Assembly: GCA_032718475.1 (NCBI GenBank)
Contig: JAUCBJ010001316.1
Span: 1 to 41,776 of the forward strand
DNA from: Nemertoderma westbladi
Taxonomy: Eukaryota; Animalia; Xenacoelomorpha
Direction: 5' to 3'
DNA length: 41,776 nt
Positions within the stretch are counted from its first letter, which is position 1. Each line of letters opens with the position of its first letter. Made by a program: the position numbers and the translations under genes. The notes beneath the pieces are model-generated. The model saw only the letters and a program-made list of their open reading frames with translations, had not been told where the DNA came from and did no database searches. Below are positions 1 through 9,328 of the stretch, one piece after another.

Positions 1-171
1 TATTCTATAATTATCGGGGGAGGGTCATAATGACTCTGGTCGGGGATAGGGAATCAAATCTATGACAATCTGTATATCCTATTTTGTGTTTACTTTTTAT
101 TTTTTCCGTGAAGCGACGACCAAAATTTAAAATTCCTGAAAATTTCGCGGATAGAGAATTTTAAATATAAT

Positions 172-455
172 TGGTGAGCATAGTGCTACGCGAAGGCTCC
201 ATGGCAGATGTATTTTAGCTATGGACTCGTATATCCATTCTACTCTACTATAGCCAGACTGTCTTTGAGGTGCCCCGTTAGCCTTGGCGCCGCTAAATCT
301 GCATGAGGGCCGGCCATGGTCTTATATGTAGTTCTCTCTCTAGCAATATAGCCCATGTTCACAATGTTGCGCCGGAGGGGGCTCTCTCATCCACCCGATA
401 TAAGACATAGCGACACACGATCCCAGCAAGTTAGCCTCCTGCTGCGTGATCTTTT
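172..455 (+). ncRNA. Candidate structured non-coding RNA 1 of the element (unknown family)
   Basis: GC-richer island with no ORF and nested stems: 200-219/292-305, GCTATGG 218-224/CTATAGC 248-254, GGTGCC 269-274/GGCGCC 286-291, GTCTTATAT 319-327/ATATAAGAC 398-406, GCAATA 343-348/TGTTGC 365-370. Terminal hairpin 419-451 is followed by TTTT. Several non-Watson-Crick pairs are G-U on the + strand. Confidence 0.4.
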
Positions 456-720
456 ATATCCAAATAATCTCTGATGGTTGCGCATAAAAATTTTGCTTAC
501 TATTACATAATTATATTAGTATTAGGACTATTTATCCTTAATAATTATATTAGAATTATAAATGTATTTACCCCCACATTATTTATTACTATTAGGTCTA
601 TCTATTCAAGAAATTATATGTTTTTATAATATACTTTGGAAAATTAGTCGACTAAGTCATAATTTTTAAAACTTTAAATACGGGTTGAGTTATTTTATAA
701 AGTTAAGAAGAATGAACCAA

Positions 721-1040
721 TAGAAGGAGCCTGAAGTCTAATCTCTTGGTCTTTACTCACATTAACTCCCAAGGTTGCATACTATAACTATAGCCGGGGG
801 AGTCAAAGCTAGAGTGTATGCTAGAGTTAACCAAGAGCTAGGAAAAAGAATAATGCTCTTCTAGGGTCCAAACTCACATCCCTCCAATTAGAGAACTAAG
901 CAAATAATCAGCTTGAAGGTCTTAGACCCTTAATCGGAGGCATCGAGCAGCCAATGAGAGAGCAGATGCGAGTACAGTGGTAAAGCCCATCCATAGTGAG
1001 AAAACGTTGCACTAGCTCTCAAGGATCGTTATACTCACCA
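721..1040 (+). ncRNA. Candidate structured non-coding RNA 2 of the element (near-complete second copy at ~1998-2286, partial third at ~1515-1566)
   Basis: Nested stems TAGAAGGAGC 721-730/GCTCTTCTA 855-863, CTCTTGGT 743-750/ACCAAGAG 830-837, TTAACTC 762-768/GAGTTAA 824-830, GCATAC 777-782/GTATGC 816-821; then AGGGTC 863-868/GACCCT 925-930 and GCATC 940-944/GATGC 965-969. No ORF. Strand is tentative. Confidence 0.35.
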
Positions 1041-2535
1041 TTCAAATATCCCTCGCAAACCAGATTCCCCCAACATCTAAAGTAATCCACTTCAATGTAA
1101 AATATATAATGCAATATAACTCGAATATTTCTGTTTTTTAATATAAATAATAATTGTAGCATAAATTTATAATTTAACATAAATATAATGTGAAAATTCA
1201 ATATTATCAAATGACATTGCTATATAATGCATAGACATGAAAGTTGTTTGGTTTGTAATAAAGAAATGAGACAAGACAATTTATCTCGTCATATGGAAAC
1301 ATATAGAAAGGAAAAACTAATGGCTCCGTTACCAAAAAATTTAAAAAATCCGAAGATATTTTTAGTGAAGATGAAAAGAAAAAGAGAGATGAGCGTGATA
1401 TATTAAATATAAAACAGCCAATGGAAAATAAATTTCATAAAGTTGTGAATATTTTGAAAGGGATACAAAAACAGTTACCCCTAGAAAATGAGGAAAATTT
1501 GAGTGAGAAAGATGATCCATAGTGAGATAGCGTTGCACTAGCTCTCAAGGATAGTTATACTCACCATTCAAATATCCCTCGCAAACCAGAGTCCCCCAAC
1601 ATCTAAAGTATTCCACTTCAATGTAAAATATATAATGCAATATAACTCGAATATTTCTGTTTTTATAATATAAATAATAATTGTAACATAAATTTATAAT
1701 TTAACATATAAATATAAGGTGAAAATTCACTTTAACATAGAGTAACTAAACTAAACACAAAATAGGAAAAACAGAAGGTCACGGGCTCAATCCCTACTCG
1801 TATCCCGTTTTATGGGAATTATAAAAAGTAAACATAGAATAACTAGACTAAACTAAACACAAAATAGGATAAACAGATGGTCACGGGTTCAATCCCTACT
1901 CGCATCCATTATAAATCCAACACAAAATAAGTTAAACCAGGGACCGGCAGGACACATGGAAACGATTTTATTACTATGAAATACACTGAAATTTATTCTC
2001 ACATTAACTCCCAAGGTTGCATACTATAACTATAGCTGGCGGGAGAGTCAAAGCTAGAGTGTATGCTAGAGTTAACCAAGAGCTAGGAAAAAGAATAATG
2101 CTCTTCTAGGGTCCAAACTCACATCCCTCCAATTAGAAAACTAAGCAAATAATCAGCTTGAAGGTCTTAGACCCTTAATCGGAGGCATCGAGCAGCCAAT
2201 GAGAGAGCAGATGCGAGTACAGTGGTAAAGCCCATCCATAGTGAGATAGCGTTGCACTAGCTCTCAAGGATAGTTATACTCACCATTCAAATATCCCTCG
2301 CAAACCAGAGTCCCCCAACATCTAAAGTATTCCACTTCAATGTAAAATATATAATGCAATATAACTCGAATATTTCTGTTTTTATAATATAAATAATAAT
2401 TGTAACATAAATTTATAATTTAACATATAAATATAAGGTGAAAATTCACTTTAACATGGAGTAACTAAACTAAACACAAAATAGGAAAAACAGAAGGTCA
2501 CGGGCTCAATCCCTACTTGTATCCAGTTTTATGGA
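757..2535. repeat. Local segmental duplications inside the element
   Basis: 757-1200 is repeated near-identically at ~1998-2449; 989-1200 also at ~1515-1729; 1515-1815 matches ~2233-2535; 1943-1992 is a 50-bp copy of TBP-like coding sequence 3824-3873. Confidence 0.9.
1227..1522 (+). pseudogene. Degenerate C2H2 zinc-finger gene related to the pPolB N-terminal finger; frameshifted and cut by a duplication junction
   Basis: ATG at 1227 gives MHRHESCLVCNKEMRQDNLSRHMETY (cf. pPolB VSCPICDKETRSDHLSRHIKIH; last His replaced by Tyr), stop at 1404-1406 (59 aa, below the ORF-track cut-off). A shifted frame after the A-runs near 1335-1350 continues SEDIFSEDEKKKRDERDILN...EKDDP to 1522, where a duplicated block begins. 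Confidence 0.6.
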
Positions 2536-3735
2536 AAATAAACAGGAGGTCATAGGTTCAATCCCTACTCGCGACCATTATAAATCCAACACAAAATAAG
2601 TTAAACCAGGGTTCGAATCCTAATCATGAAAATATAAAAAGTAAGCATAGAATAACTAGAGTAACTAAACTAAACATAAAATAGGAAAAACATATGCTCA
2701 CAGGTTCGATCCCTACTCGCGACCATTATAAATCCAACACAAAATAAGTTAAACCAGGGTTCGAATCCTAATCATGAAAATATAAAAAGTAAACATAGAA
2801 TAACTAGAGTAACTAAACTAAACATAAAATAGGAAAAACAGAAGGTCACGGGCTCAATCCCTACTCGTATCCCGTTTTATGGAAAATAAACAGGAGGTCA
2901 TAGGTTCAATCCCTACTCGCGACCATTATAAATCCAACACAAAATAAGTTAAACCAGGGTTCGAATCCTAATCATGAAAATATAAAAAGTAAGCATAGAA
3001 TAACTAGAGTAACTAAACTAAACATAAAATAGGAAAAACATATGCTCACAGGTTCGATCCCTACTCGCGACCATTATAAATCCATCACAAAATAAGTTAA
3101 ACCAGGGTTCGAATCCTAATCATGAAAATATAAAAAGTAAACATAGAATAACTAGAGTACCTAAACTAAACATAAAATAGGATAAACAGGTGGTCACATG
3201 TTCGACCCCTTCTCGTATCCCGTTTTATAGAAAAATATAAAAAGTAAACACAAAATAGGATAAACAGATGGTCACGGGTTCAATCCCTACTCGCGACCAA
3301 TATAAAACCAACACAAAATAAGTTAAACATAGAATAACTAGAGTACCTAAACTAAACATAAAATAGGAAAACAGAAGGTCACGGGCTCAATCCCTACTCG
3401 TATCCCGTTTTATGGAAAATAAACAGGAGGTCATAGGTTCAATCCCTACTCGCGACCATTATAAATCCAACTCGAAATAAGTTAAACCAGGGTTTGAATA
3501 CTAATCATGAAAATATAAAAAGTAAACATAGAATAACTAGAGTAACTAAACTAAACATAAATTAGGAAAAACAGAAGGTCACGGGTTCAATCCCTACTCG
3601 CGTCAATTATAAATCCAACACAAAATAGGAAAAACCAGGGTTTGAGTCCTACTAATGCAATTATAAAAAGTAGGTAACACGGATGGTCACGGATTCAAAC
3701 CCTACTCACGGAAAAATAAAAACCAACACAAAATA
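2458..3735 (+). repeat. Complex tandem array of Pol III B-box / tRNA 3'-half-like motifs separated by A-rich spacers (shorter copy at 1739-1941)
   Basis: Recurrent GGTCACGGGTTCAATCCCTACTCGCGACCA-type units (~14 including the short copy) and CCAGGGTTCGAATCC-type units (~6), matching the B-box consensus GGTTCRANYCC. No A-box or D-arm upstream of the units. Confidence 0.85.
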
Positions 3736-3775
3736 AATAATATAGTAAACTTTCATGTATACCATAGTAAATAAA

Positions 3776-4291
3776 CTAATTTAATAATAAAGTTTGTAAA
3801 ATAGATAATGATTCAGGGAATTCACCGGCTGGACACATGGAAACGATTTTATTACTATGAAATACACTGAAATATGCACATCCTATATATATTCTAATCG
3901 CACAAAATAATTCGGGGGTATAGCTAATAAATATTGCTTTATTATTAATTGTATGATGTCCACATTTTTTCATTAATAATTTAAAATTAACACTAGGAAA
4001 AATAATAGTTCGTGTTTCGGTATTAAGTTTCAAATTTTGTAATTGCATCCCGATAGTTTGTTTTAAATAAAGCAATTCACTAGCTAAATTATTGCAAAGG
4101 CCTACAATTGTTACTGCGCCACTGGGAAATAGCATTATAGTTGAATCGTCACCTTTGTAGATAAACATGTTTGGTTTTAAGCAACTTTGACCTGTAATTT
4201 GCTGTGAAATTTTCTCTAGTTCAAATTTGGCAATGTTTTTTCCGGTAAACTGTTTATTGGTTATTTCTATTTTGTTGTTCAATTTCTTATT
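3776..4291 (-). CDS. Divergent TATA-binding protein (TBP)-like protein; no ATG at its 5' end, probably a spliced terminal exon
   Basis: Two TBP core repeats: ITNKQFTG..FELEKIS...TIMLFPSGAVTIVG (cf. LQNIVST..LDLKTIA...TALIFSSGKMVCTG) and ISYTPELFCAIRIY...FSVFHSNKIV (cf. SSYEPELFPGLIYR...LLIFVSGKVV). About 170 aa, the size of a TBP core. The frame opens right after TTTTATTTTTCTAG (AG at 4293-4292); the ORF-track start at 4282 is a TTG. Confidence 0.78.
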   Translation of the reverse strand, partial: NKKLNNKIEITNKQFTGKNIAKFELEKISQQITGQSCLKPNMFIYKGDDSTIMLFPSGAVTIVGLCNNLASELLYLKQTIGMQLQNLKLNTETRTIIFPSVNFKLLMKKCGHHTINNKAIFISYTPELFCAIRIYIGCAYFSVFHSNKIVSMCPAGEFPESLSILQTLLLN

Positions 4292-4305
4292 CTAGAAAAA
4301 TAAAA

Positions 4306-7300
4306 TTAAATTCTAGTAGGGGGGATTACTACTCGTTTCGCCGGTCTAACAAGCTTAGTGCTATAGTGTCCGTATGGTTTGCTGCTATATTTACTACTCC
4401 AATATGATTTCGTATCCCAGAGCGTTAGTGCCTTCTTATAGACATGACCAGTAAAAATTTGATGCTTTCTAGAAGTGAAGGTAGAGTTATAGCGGAAGAG
4501 CATTGCTTCGTTTTCAAAACAGTCTGCATAATCCTCGTGTGTTAGTTGCTTAGCGACAACCGATCTAGATACACCTTTGGCGGTTTTCTTGATTGGGGCA
4601 TCATAGGAGTGAAAACTGTAGACCTTTGGTTTAAGGAAAACCCACTGTTTATACTGCAAACCGCAGCTCTCATCTTTTACGAAGCCGAGAGCCGCTTTGT
4701 GTTTAATGGTATAGAGTGGATGTGTTGTACTGTAGTTGGAAGTATCTAGGAAACCACCCTCAAACATTGCCCGTAGAAAGGTTAGCTGTGGTGTATTAGT
4801 TACGCTTAGCATTAGAGAATCCGTGTCACCGGCTAGACAGCGAATCTGGCAATCCAGTTTTTGTTCTAGAGGCTTCAGTTTGTTGTAAAATAGGTCGTAC
4901 ATCTGTAGCTTAGATAGATCTAGTATAGTGCAACCGATGAACACGCCCTGATTTAGGCAAACAGCCTCTTTAGTGAAAGTATGACCACTCAAGTTGGGGG
5001 TAAATACAACAAACGATTCGTGATTGGGCTTGGCTAAGAGCAAATCGCATTGTTCGTCGCTATTGCATAACCTGAAAGAAACGCGGTCTCTAACCTTTTG
5101 GAGGCATTTCCCATACAAGGCATTGTTCATCAACTTATAAAATAGGACCTCGAATGGGTTATTTGCCGACTGTCTTTTATTTGTATTAAAACTAATGTAG
5201 TCCTTGAAAATATATTTTTGTGAGAAAGAGTAGACCCTATGTACTTGTGTAAGTTTAAGACCGAGCTTCAAATAGAGTTGAAGTAGCTTAATATGGATAC
5301 CGTATTCAACCTTATTAAACTGATGTAGTAGTAGCTTAGTACAGGTATCGTTGTATGGTCTACAGGTGGCCGTATCGGTGAGATTGTAATGCTCCCAAAG
5401 ATCTTCCATGTATTCGCTAAGAAAGGATTTAGGGACTGACATCTTCTCCGCTCCTAGAGGCAGATCGGCGGTCAAATCATGAATTTCTTTCGGGTAATGT
5501 AGATCAACTATGCAATAATAACCAGTATCCCCACTCGCGTCTACTGTAGCTAGGTCTATGGGGGTAGTTACGAGTTTAATATTAGCGTATGGAAGTTTCT
5601 GGCTCAGGGCGCAGCCGTAAAGGTTATTCGCATCGATGGGAATTAGATATTTCTCGGGGAGACTGGAGTCATAGTCGGGTTTATCGGGGATATTTGCGTC
5701 TACGGAATGTGTATTCAAGAATACTAGACCACCCCTAATATTTGTTTCAAAGTCCGAGTAGATGGAAGCGTCTGATAGTAATTGAATTTCTGATTGCGTG
5801 AATTTCAGCGCTGCGTCGTAAGTTAATCCAGGGGCAGTGAAGTACATTACGGGCTCGAGTCCATAATTAGTAAGACAGAGGGAACGGAACTGCTCGAAAG
5901 TATCAGCCAATAGGGTAACATCTAGAACCAAATAGCCAATCATATAGTCGAAGATTGTTAGACAGTTTAATTCATCCCAAGTAGTAAGCGCGCGCTGATA
6001 GTTTTCTGCGCTACATTGTTCCAATTTGAGATCATTATAGAAGCTTTCTAATGGGGGGAGTGTAGTTTCGTGTAGGTTTGAAATATTTTGAATATAGGAA
6101 TATGGGAATACACCCTTGTTTTTTATTGTGTTATCGCTAATGTTGGGATAGAGTTGGGTCATTTGAGCTAGTGTATGGGGTATGGCTGTTGCTAGGTTAC
6201 TGTTATTTTTAGTGAGATAGCTACTAAGATTATCTAGGCTGGCAGTCATAAACTGATAGGAATCTAGAAAATTAATGGAGATACTTTCTTTAGCGTTGGC
6301 TGTTGGTGTACTCGGATCGATTGGGAAGCTAACTTTAAGGTGAATATAAGTTTCGGTGTTTTTTGGTATTACGGTCATTTTCCAGTGTGTTCTAGAACTA
6401 TCGGTCATTCCTTCTTTTAGTAGTAAATGCATATCGAATTTCCTCAGGTTATGAAATATAATATAAAAATTATTCCGTTTTAGGGAAAGTTTCCTGTTGC
6501 AGCTGACGCAGGCAGCCCCCCGATACTCCCCGCTATAATGATCATGATCGCGGACTTTGGTGCTGAGATTGTCATTGAGGTTTAAATTATGCGAATCGGG
6601 GGTTAAATTACAGTTGCAGACGTAGCATTGTGTAGCGTTATTAAAGTCAGTTTGCTGGCTAGTAGTGAGTTGCATGGGGGCGTGTGTGTTTGTACTAGAA
6701 ATGGACCAATCGTATAACCCCCTACAATGACTTTCCATAGCAGTTAGAAAGTCGCGCATTACGTGGTTACTGCCATCGTCACGGAAAATTTGAACATCTG
6801 TTTTAGGAGGGTTAATTAATTTCTGATTTGGTACTGTATAAAAGGCTGCCGCGCTAGCTATATGTTTCTGTGGGAGTTTAATATTGTTTGTAGGTTCTAG
6901 AATAGTTTCAATGTCGGCGTATATACAGAAAGGTGGGGATAGAGTCTTATCGTACCTGTCAAATTTAACCAAGAGATTTTCGGGCATATACTCGAGTTGG
7001 CGTTTACCCGTATAGCAACGCTCTCGATGTTCTTCCAATGATTTGACAGTGTAAAAGGCTCTGAGACAGCGTTCGCAGTGCGTCTTGTTGCCGGTAGAAG
7101 TAGCTTTTGTATTTATTAATCTATCTATGTTAGTAATAGCTACGTAGTGGGCGGGGTTTTTGCTTGTGGCTTCGATAAATAATAAGTTTAGTACAGTTTT
7201 ACCGGAACAGTGCGCGCTATCTGGTTGACTTAGAATGGAGAGTTCTTCCGTATTACTCCAATAAAGAAGGTTTATGCAGTATTTAGGGTTGGCTTTCAGA

Positions 7301-8397
7301 AACTGGGGAATACCAGTTACTCTGTCCACCGGAAAACTTAAATTCGAAAAATCAAACATGTTTAGGAAAGGAGTAAACGTTGAAATTCTACTAATATTAT
7401 TTTGTTTTCTATCAATTTTCTTATAATTTGCGGCGGTCAATTTTCTATCAATTTTCTTATAATTTGCGGCGGTCAATACTGCGTATTTAAAGCATTCCCC
7501 CAGCGGGCAGTCTACGCTTACGGTACATTTTTTATTTAATAATAATTTAGAATTATTGAAGCCTTGACCCTTTAAATAGGGGTTGCGTTGGGAACGCGCA
7601 ATCTCAATAGTTATTCGCTCGATGGCTATTATGCGCCAACCTGAGCCGAGGCAGAGAAACACACTTAACAGTTGATCGATACGATTGACGGCGCCGGAAA
7701 ACCAGTTATTAAAGTCGCTATTATTCAGAATTTGATTATTGTTACCGCTAGATTTAAAACAGAAGGATTCAATTTGAAAACCCTCGCTGGTTTCACGCTC
7801 CATTACGATGTTGATTGTAAGCCAGACTCTTAAAAAAGTTCCCATGGCACTACGTAAATGGCTACTAACATGTTCTTGAATGTGTGGAAAATTTTCGTTT
7901 AATGTTAATTCTGCGTCGAGTCTTGTTTCTGCGAGGTCGTTGTTATAGGTAAACAGTCGTCCGTGTGCGCTTCCGTTGGAGGGTGGTTGAAATGGATTGT
8001 TTGGGGAAATAGAATCTCGCGAAGTTGAAGGTTCGTTATTGGAGCCGCCGCCGCCGACTTGTTCTGGAGTAGAGTTGATGGGGGATGAGTGGGAGGTAGT
8101 CGGAGTTTTGCGTTTCCGCGAAAAAAGTCGAGTGTAGCATTCATGCTCAGAAAAGGATGACAGGCTGAGCGAATCCCCGCAGCGGCAATCGGCTGGCTCG
8201 TTTACGTAACTAAATCCTGTTCCCCCCTGAGGACACGAAACAAGATGGCCAACCAGCGTCTTCTTTTCCGAAGACCAAGTCGGACAGCAGTCGCACCTAT
8301 ATTGCACGAAATGAATTTTAATGTGGCGAGATAAATGATCACTCCGTGTCTCTTTGTCGCAGATGGGGCAGCTGACTTTATTTGTTGATCTTGGCAT
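4306..8397 (-). CDS. Protein-primed family B DNA polymerase (pPolB, Polinton type) with N-terminal C2H2 zinc finger and an inserted endonuclease VII-like HNH domain
   Basis: Uninterrupted 1363-aa ORF. Exonuclease motifs YADIET, FHNLRKFD, YLVLDV; polymerase motifs DANNLYG, KLMNNALYGK, GDTDS, KPKVY, KTAKGV; KGVFPYSY typical of pPolBs. EndoVII-like CYVC...RDHDHYSGEYRGAACVSCN between ExoI and ExoII. N-terminal CPIC-x12-HIKIH finger. Confidence 0.95.
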   Translation of the reverse strand: MPRSTNKVSCPICDKETRSDHLSRHIKIHFVQYRCDCCPTWSSEKKTLVGHLVSCPQGGTGFSYVNEPADCRCGDSLSLSSFSEHECYTRLFSRKRKTPTTSHSSPINSTPEQVGGGGSNNEPSTSRDSISPNNPFQPPSNGSAHGRLFTYNNDLAETRLDAELTLNENFPHIQEHVSSHLRSAMGTFLRVWLTINIVMERETSEGFQIESFCFKSSGNNNQILNNSDFNNWFSGAVNRIDQLLSVFLCLGSGWRIIAIERITIEIARSQRNPYLKGQGFNNSKLLLNKKCTVSVDCPLGECFKYAVLTAANYKKIDRKLTAANYKKIDRKQNNISRISTFTPFLNMFDFSNLSFPVDRVTGIPQFLKANPKYCINLLYWSNTEELSILSQPDSAHCSGKTVLNLLFIEATSKNPAHYVAITNIDRLINTKATSTGNKTHCERCLRAFYTVKSLEEHRERCYTGKRQLEYMPENLLVKFDRYDKTLSPPFCIYADIETILEPTNNIKLPQKHIASAAAFYTVPNQKLINPPKTDVQIFRDDGSNHVMRDFLTAMESHCRGLYDWSISSTNTHAPMQLTTSQQTDFNNATQCYVCNCNLTPDSHNLNLNDNLSTKVRDHDHYSGEYRGAACVSCNRKLSLKRNNFYIIFHNLRKFDMHLLLKEGMTDSSRTHWKMTVIPKNTETYIHLKVSFPIDPSTPTANAKESISINFLDSYQFMTASLDNLSSYLTKNNSNLATAIPHTLAQMTQLYPNISDNTIKNKGVFPYSYIQNISNLHETTLPPLESFYNDLKLEQCSAENYQRALTTWDELNCLTIFDYMIGYLVLDVTLLADTFEQFRSLCLTNYGLEPVMYFTAPGLTYDAALKFTQSEIQLLSDASIYSDFETNIRGGLVFLNTHSVDANIPDKPDYDSSLPEKYLIPIDANNLYGCALSQKLPYANIKLVTTPIDLATVDASGDTGYYCIVDLHYPKEIHDLTADLPLGAEKMSVPKSFLSEYMEDLWEHYNLTDTATCRPYNDTCTKLLLHQFNKVEYGIHIKLLQLYLKLGLKLTQVHRVYSFSQKYIFKDYISFNTNKRQSANNPFEVLFYKLMNNALYGKCLQKVRDRVSFRLCNSDEQCDLLLAKPNHESFVVFTPNLSGHTFTKEAVCLNQGVFIGCTILDLSKLQMYDLFYNKLKPLEQKLDCQIRCLAGDTDSLMLSVTNTPQLTFLRAMFEGGFLDTSNYSTTHPLYTIKHKAALGFVKDESCGLQYKQWVFLKPKVYSFHSYDAPIKKTAKGVSRSVVAKQLTHEDYADCFENEAMLFRYNSTFTSRKHQIFTGHVYKKALTLWDTKSYWSSKYSSKPYGHYSTKLVRPAKRVVIPPTRI
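7405..7476. repeat. Perfect 36-bp in-frame tandem duplication inside pPolB (LTAANYKKIDRK x2)
   Basis: TTTTCTATCAATTTTCTTATAATTTGCGGCGGTCAA at 7405-7440 and 7441-7476. Confidence 0.95.
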
Positions 8398-8404
8398 CTT
8401 GAAT

Positions 8405-9106
8405 CTAGAAAAATAAGTTGATTATTTGTAAAAAATAAAAAATACTGTATACTTGCTAAAAATAAAGTAAAACAGTAGGTATTAATCGGTTACTAGGCAA
8501 CAATACTGTGTTTGTACAGTTAGGCCTATTGCTGTATTGTAACAATCAGTCAGTGAAACATAAAGCAGGCAGTCGGCAGTGTCTAGTGTGGAAGTGTTAG
8601 TGTACCAGCGGTTAGATAGTGGCGATAGCCAAGACACAAAAGCGATGCCAGTTATTATTCGTGGAAAGAGGGTCTATAAACAGCAGTCAGTCAGTGCAGT
8701 AGTGCTAGTGATATAGTCTGCCAGAAGTCAGACGTACCGGTAGCGTTAACCAATAGAAATCAACGATAGGCTTAGCTATTCGCTGTGTGAGAACTCAGTT
8801 AGTCAGTAGGATATATAATGAAAACTGCAGTAATCATTGTTGTTCAGTAGGGTCTATATCGTTACTATGATGGCATTAGGCTAACTCGAATGATGCGGTA
8901 CCGGTAGTTGGGTAGACAAGCAGATAGACAGATGTAGGCCTATTGATCGAATGCTTCGATCACGGTTTAGGCTATCGGTACCACCGCAGTCTGACAGTAA
9001 TTAATAATGAGCCTACTGCAATACTGTTGTACCGGTAGACATTAAATGTAAATTGTTTGCTAGCGGCGTCGAAAGTATAGCTAGATGGAAGGCAGATTTT
9101 ACTTAC
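8405..9106 (-). other. Putative 5'-UTR intron of the pPolB transcript
   Basis: Minus-strand donor ACC|GTAAGT at 9106-9101 and acceptor CTTATTTTTCTAG (AG 8406-8405) 7 nt before the pPolB ATG. The upstream segment 9107-9334 has no minus-strand ATG and starts at an Inr-like TCAGTC with TATTTAA ~28 nt upstream. Confidence 0.45.
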
Positions 9107-9328
9107 GGTGTTAGTAGATATTCACGGAAAGAAGAAGTTTGGAAGTTCGGTGGCGATGAGGAAGTTGGTTGACGTGGACGACGAGAGAGTTTATCAACCG
9201 ATAGACGGAATGGTATCGGAAATTAGAAATATTGAAATATTACGCGGCGGATACGCGGAAAGTTTGTTGTCGACGATGAGCGATAACGCGGCGAAATGAC
9301 AATAATACAACTCTACAAGTGGGTTGTT

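Noticed and set aside
730-740. CTGAAG as a hammerhead ribozyme core in island 2
   Set aside because: Does not match CUGANGA and no correctly placed GAAA/cleavage triplet was found.
2458-3735. CRISPR-like repeat/spacer appearance, or a cluster of tRNA genes
   Set aside because: Spacers are themselves repeated, there are no cas genes and the context is eukaryotic; units lack A-box, D-arm and anticodon arm, so they are not tRNA genes.
4546-8144. Small ORFs overlapping pPolB (4546-4749 +, 7905-8144 -)
   Set aside because: Shadow frames of a long coding sequence with no recognisable motifs.
9108-9299. 63-aa + strand ORF in the element
   Set aside because: GTG start, no motif; better explained as the antisense of a putative non-coding leader exon.
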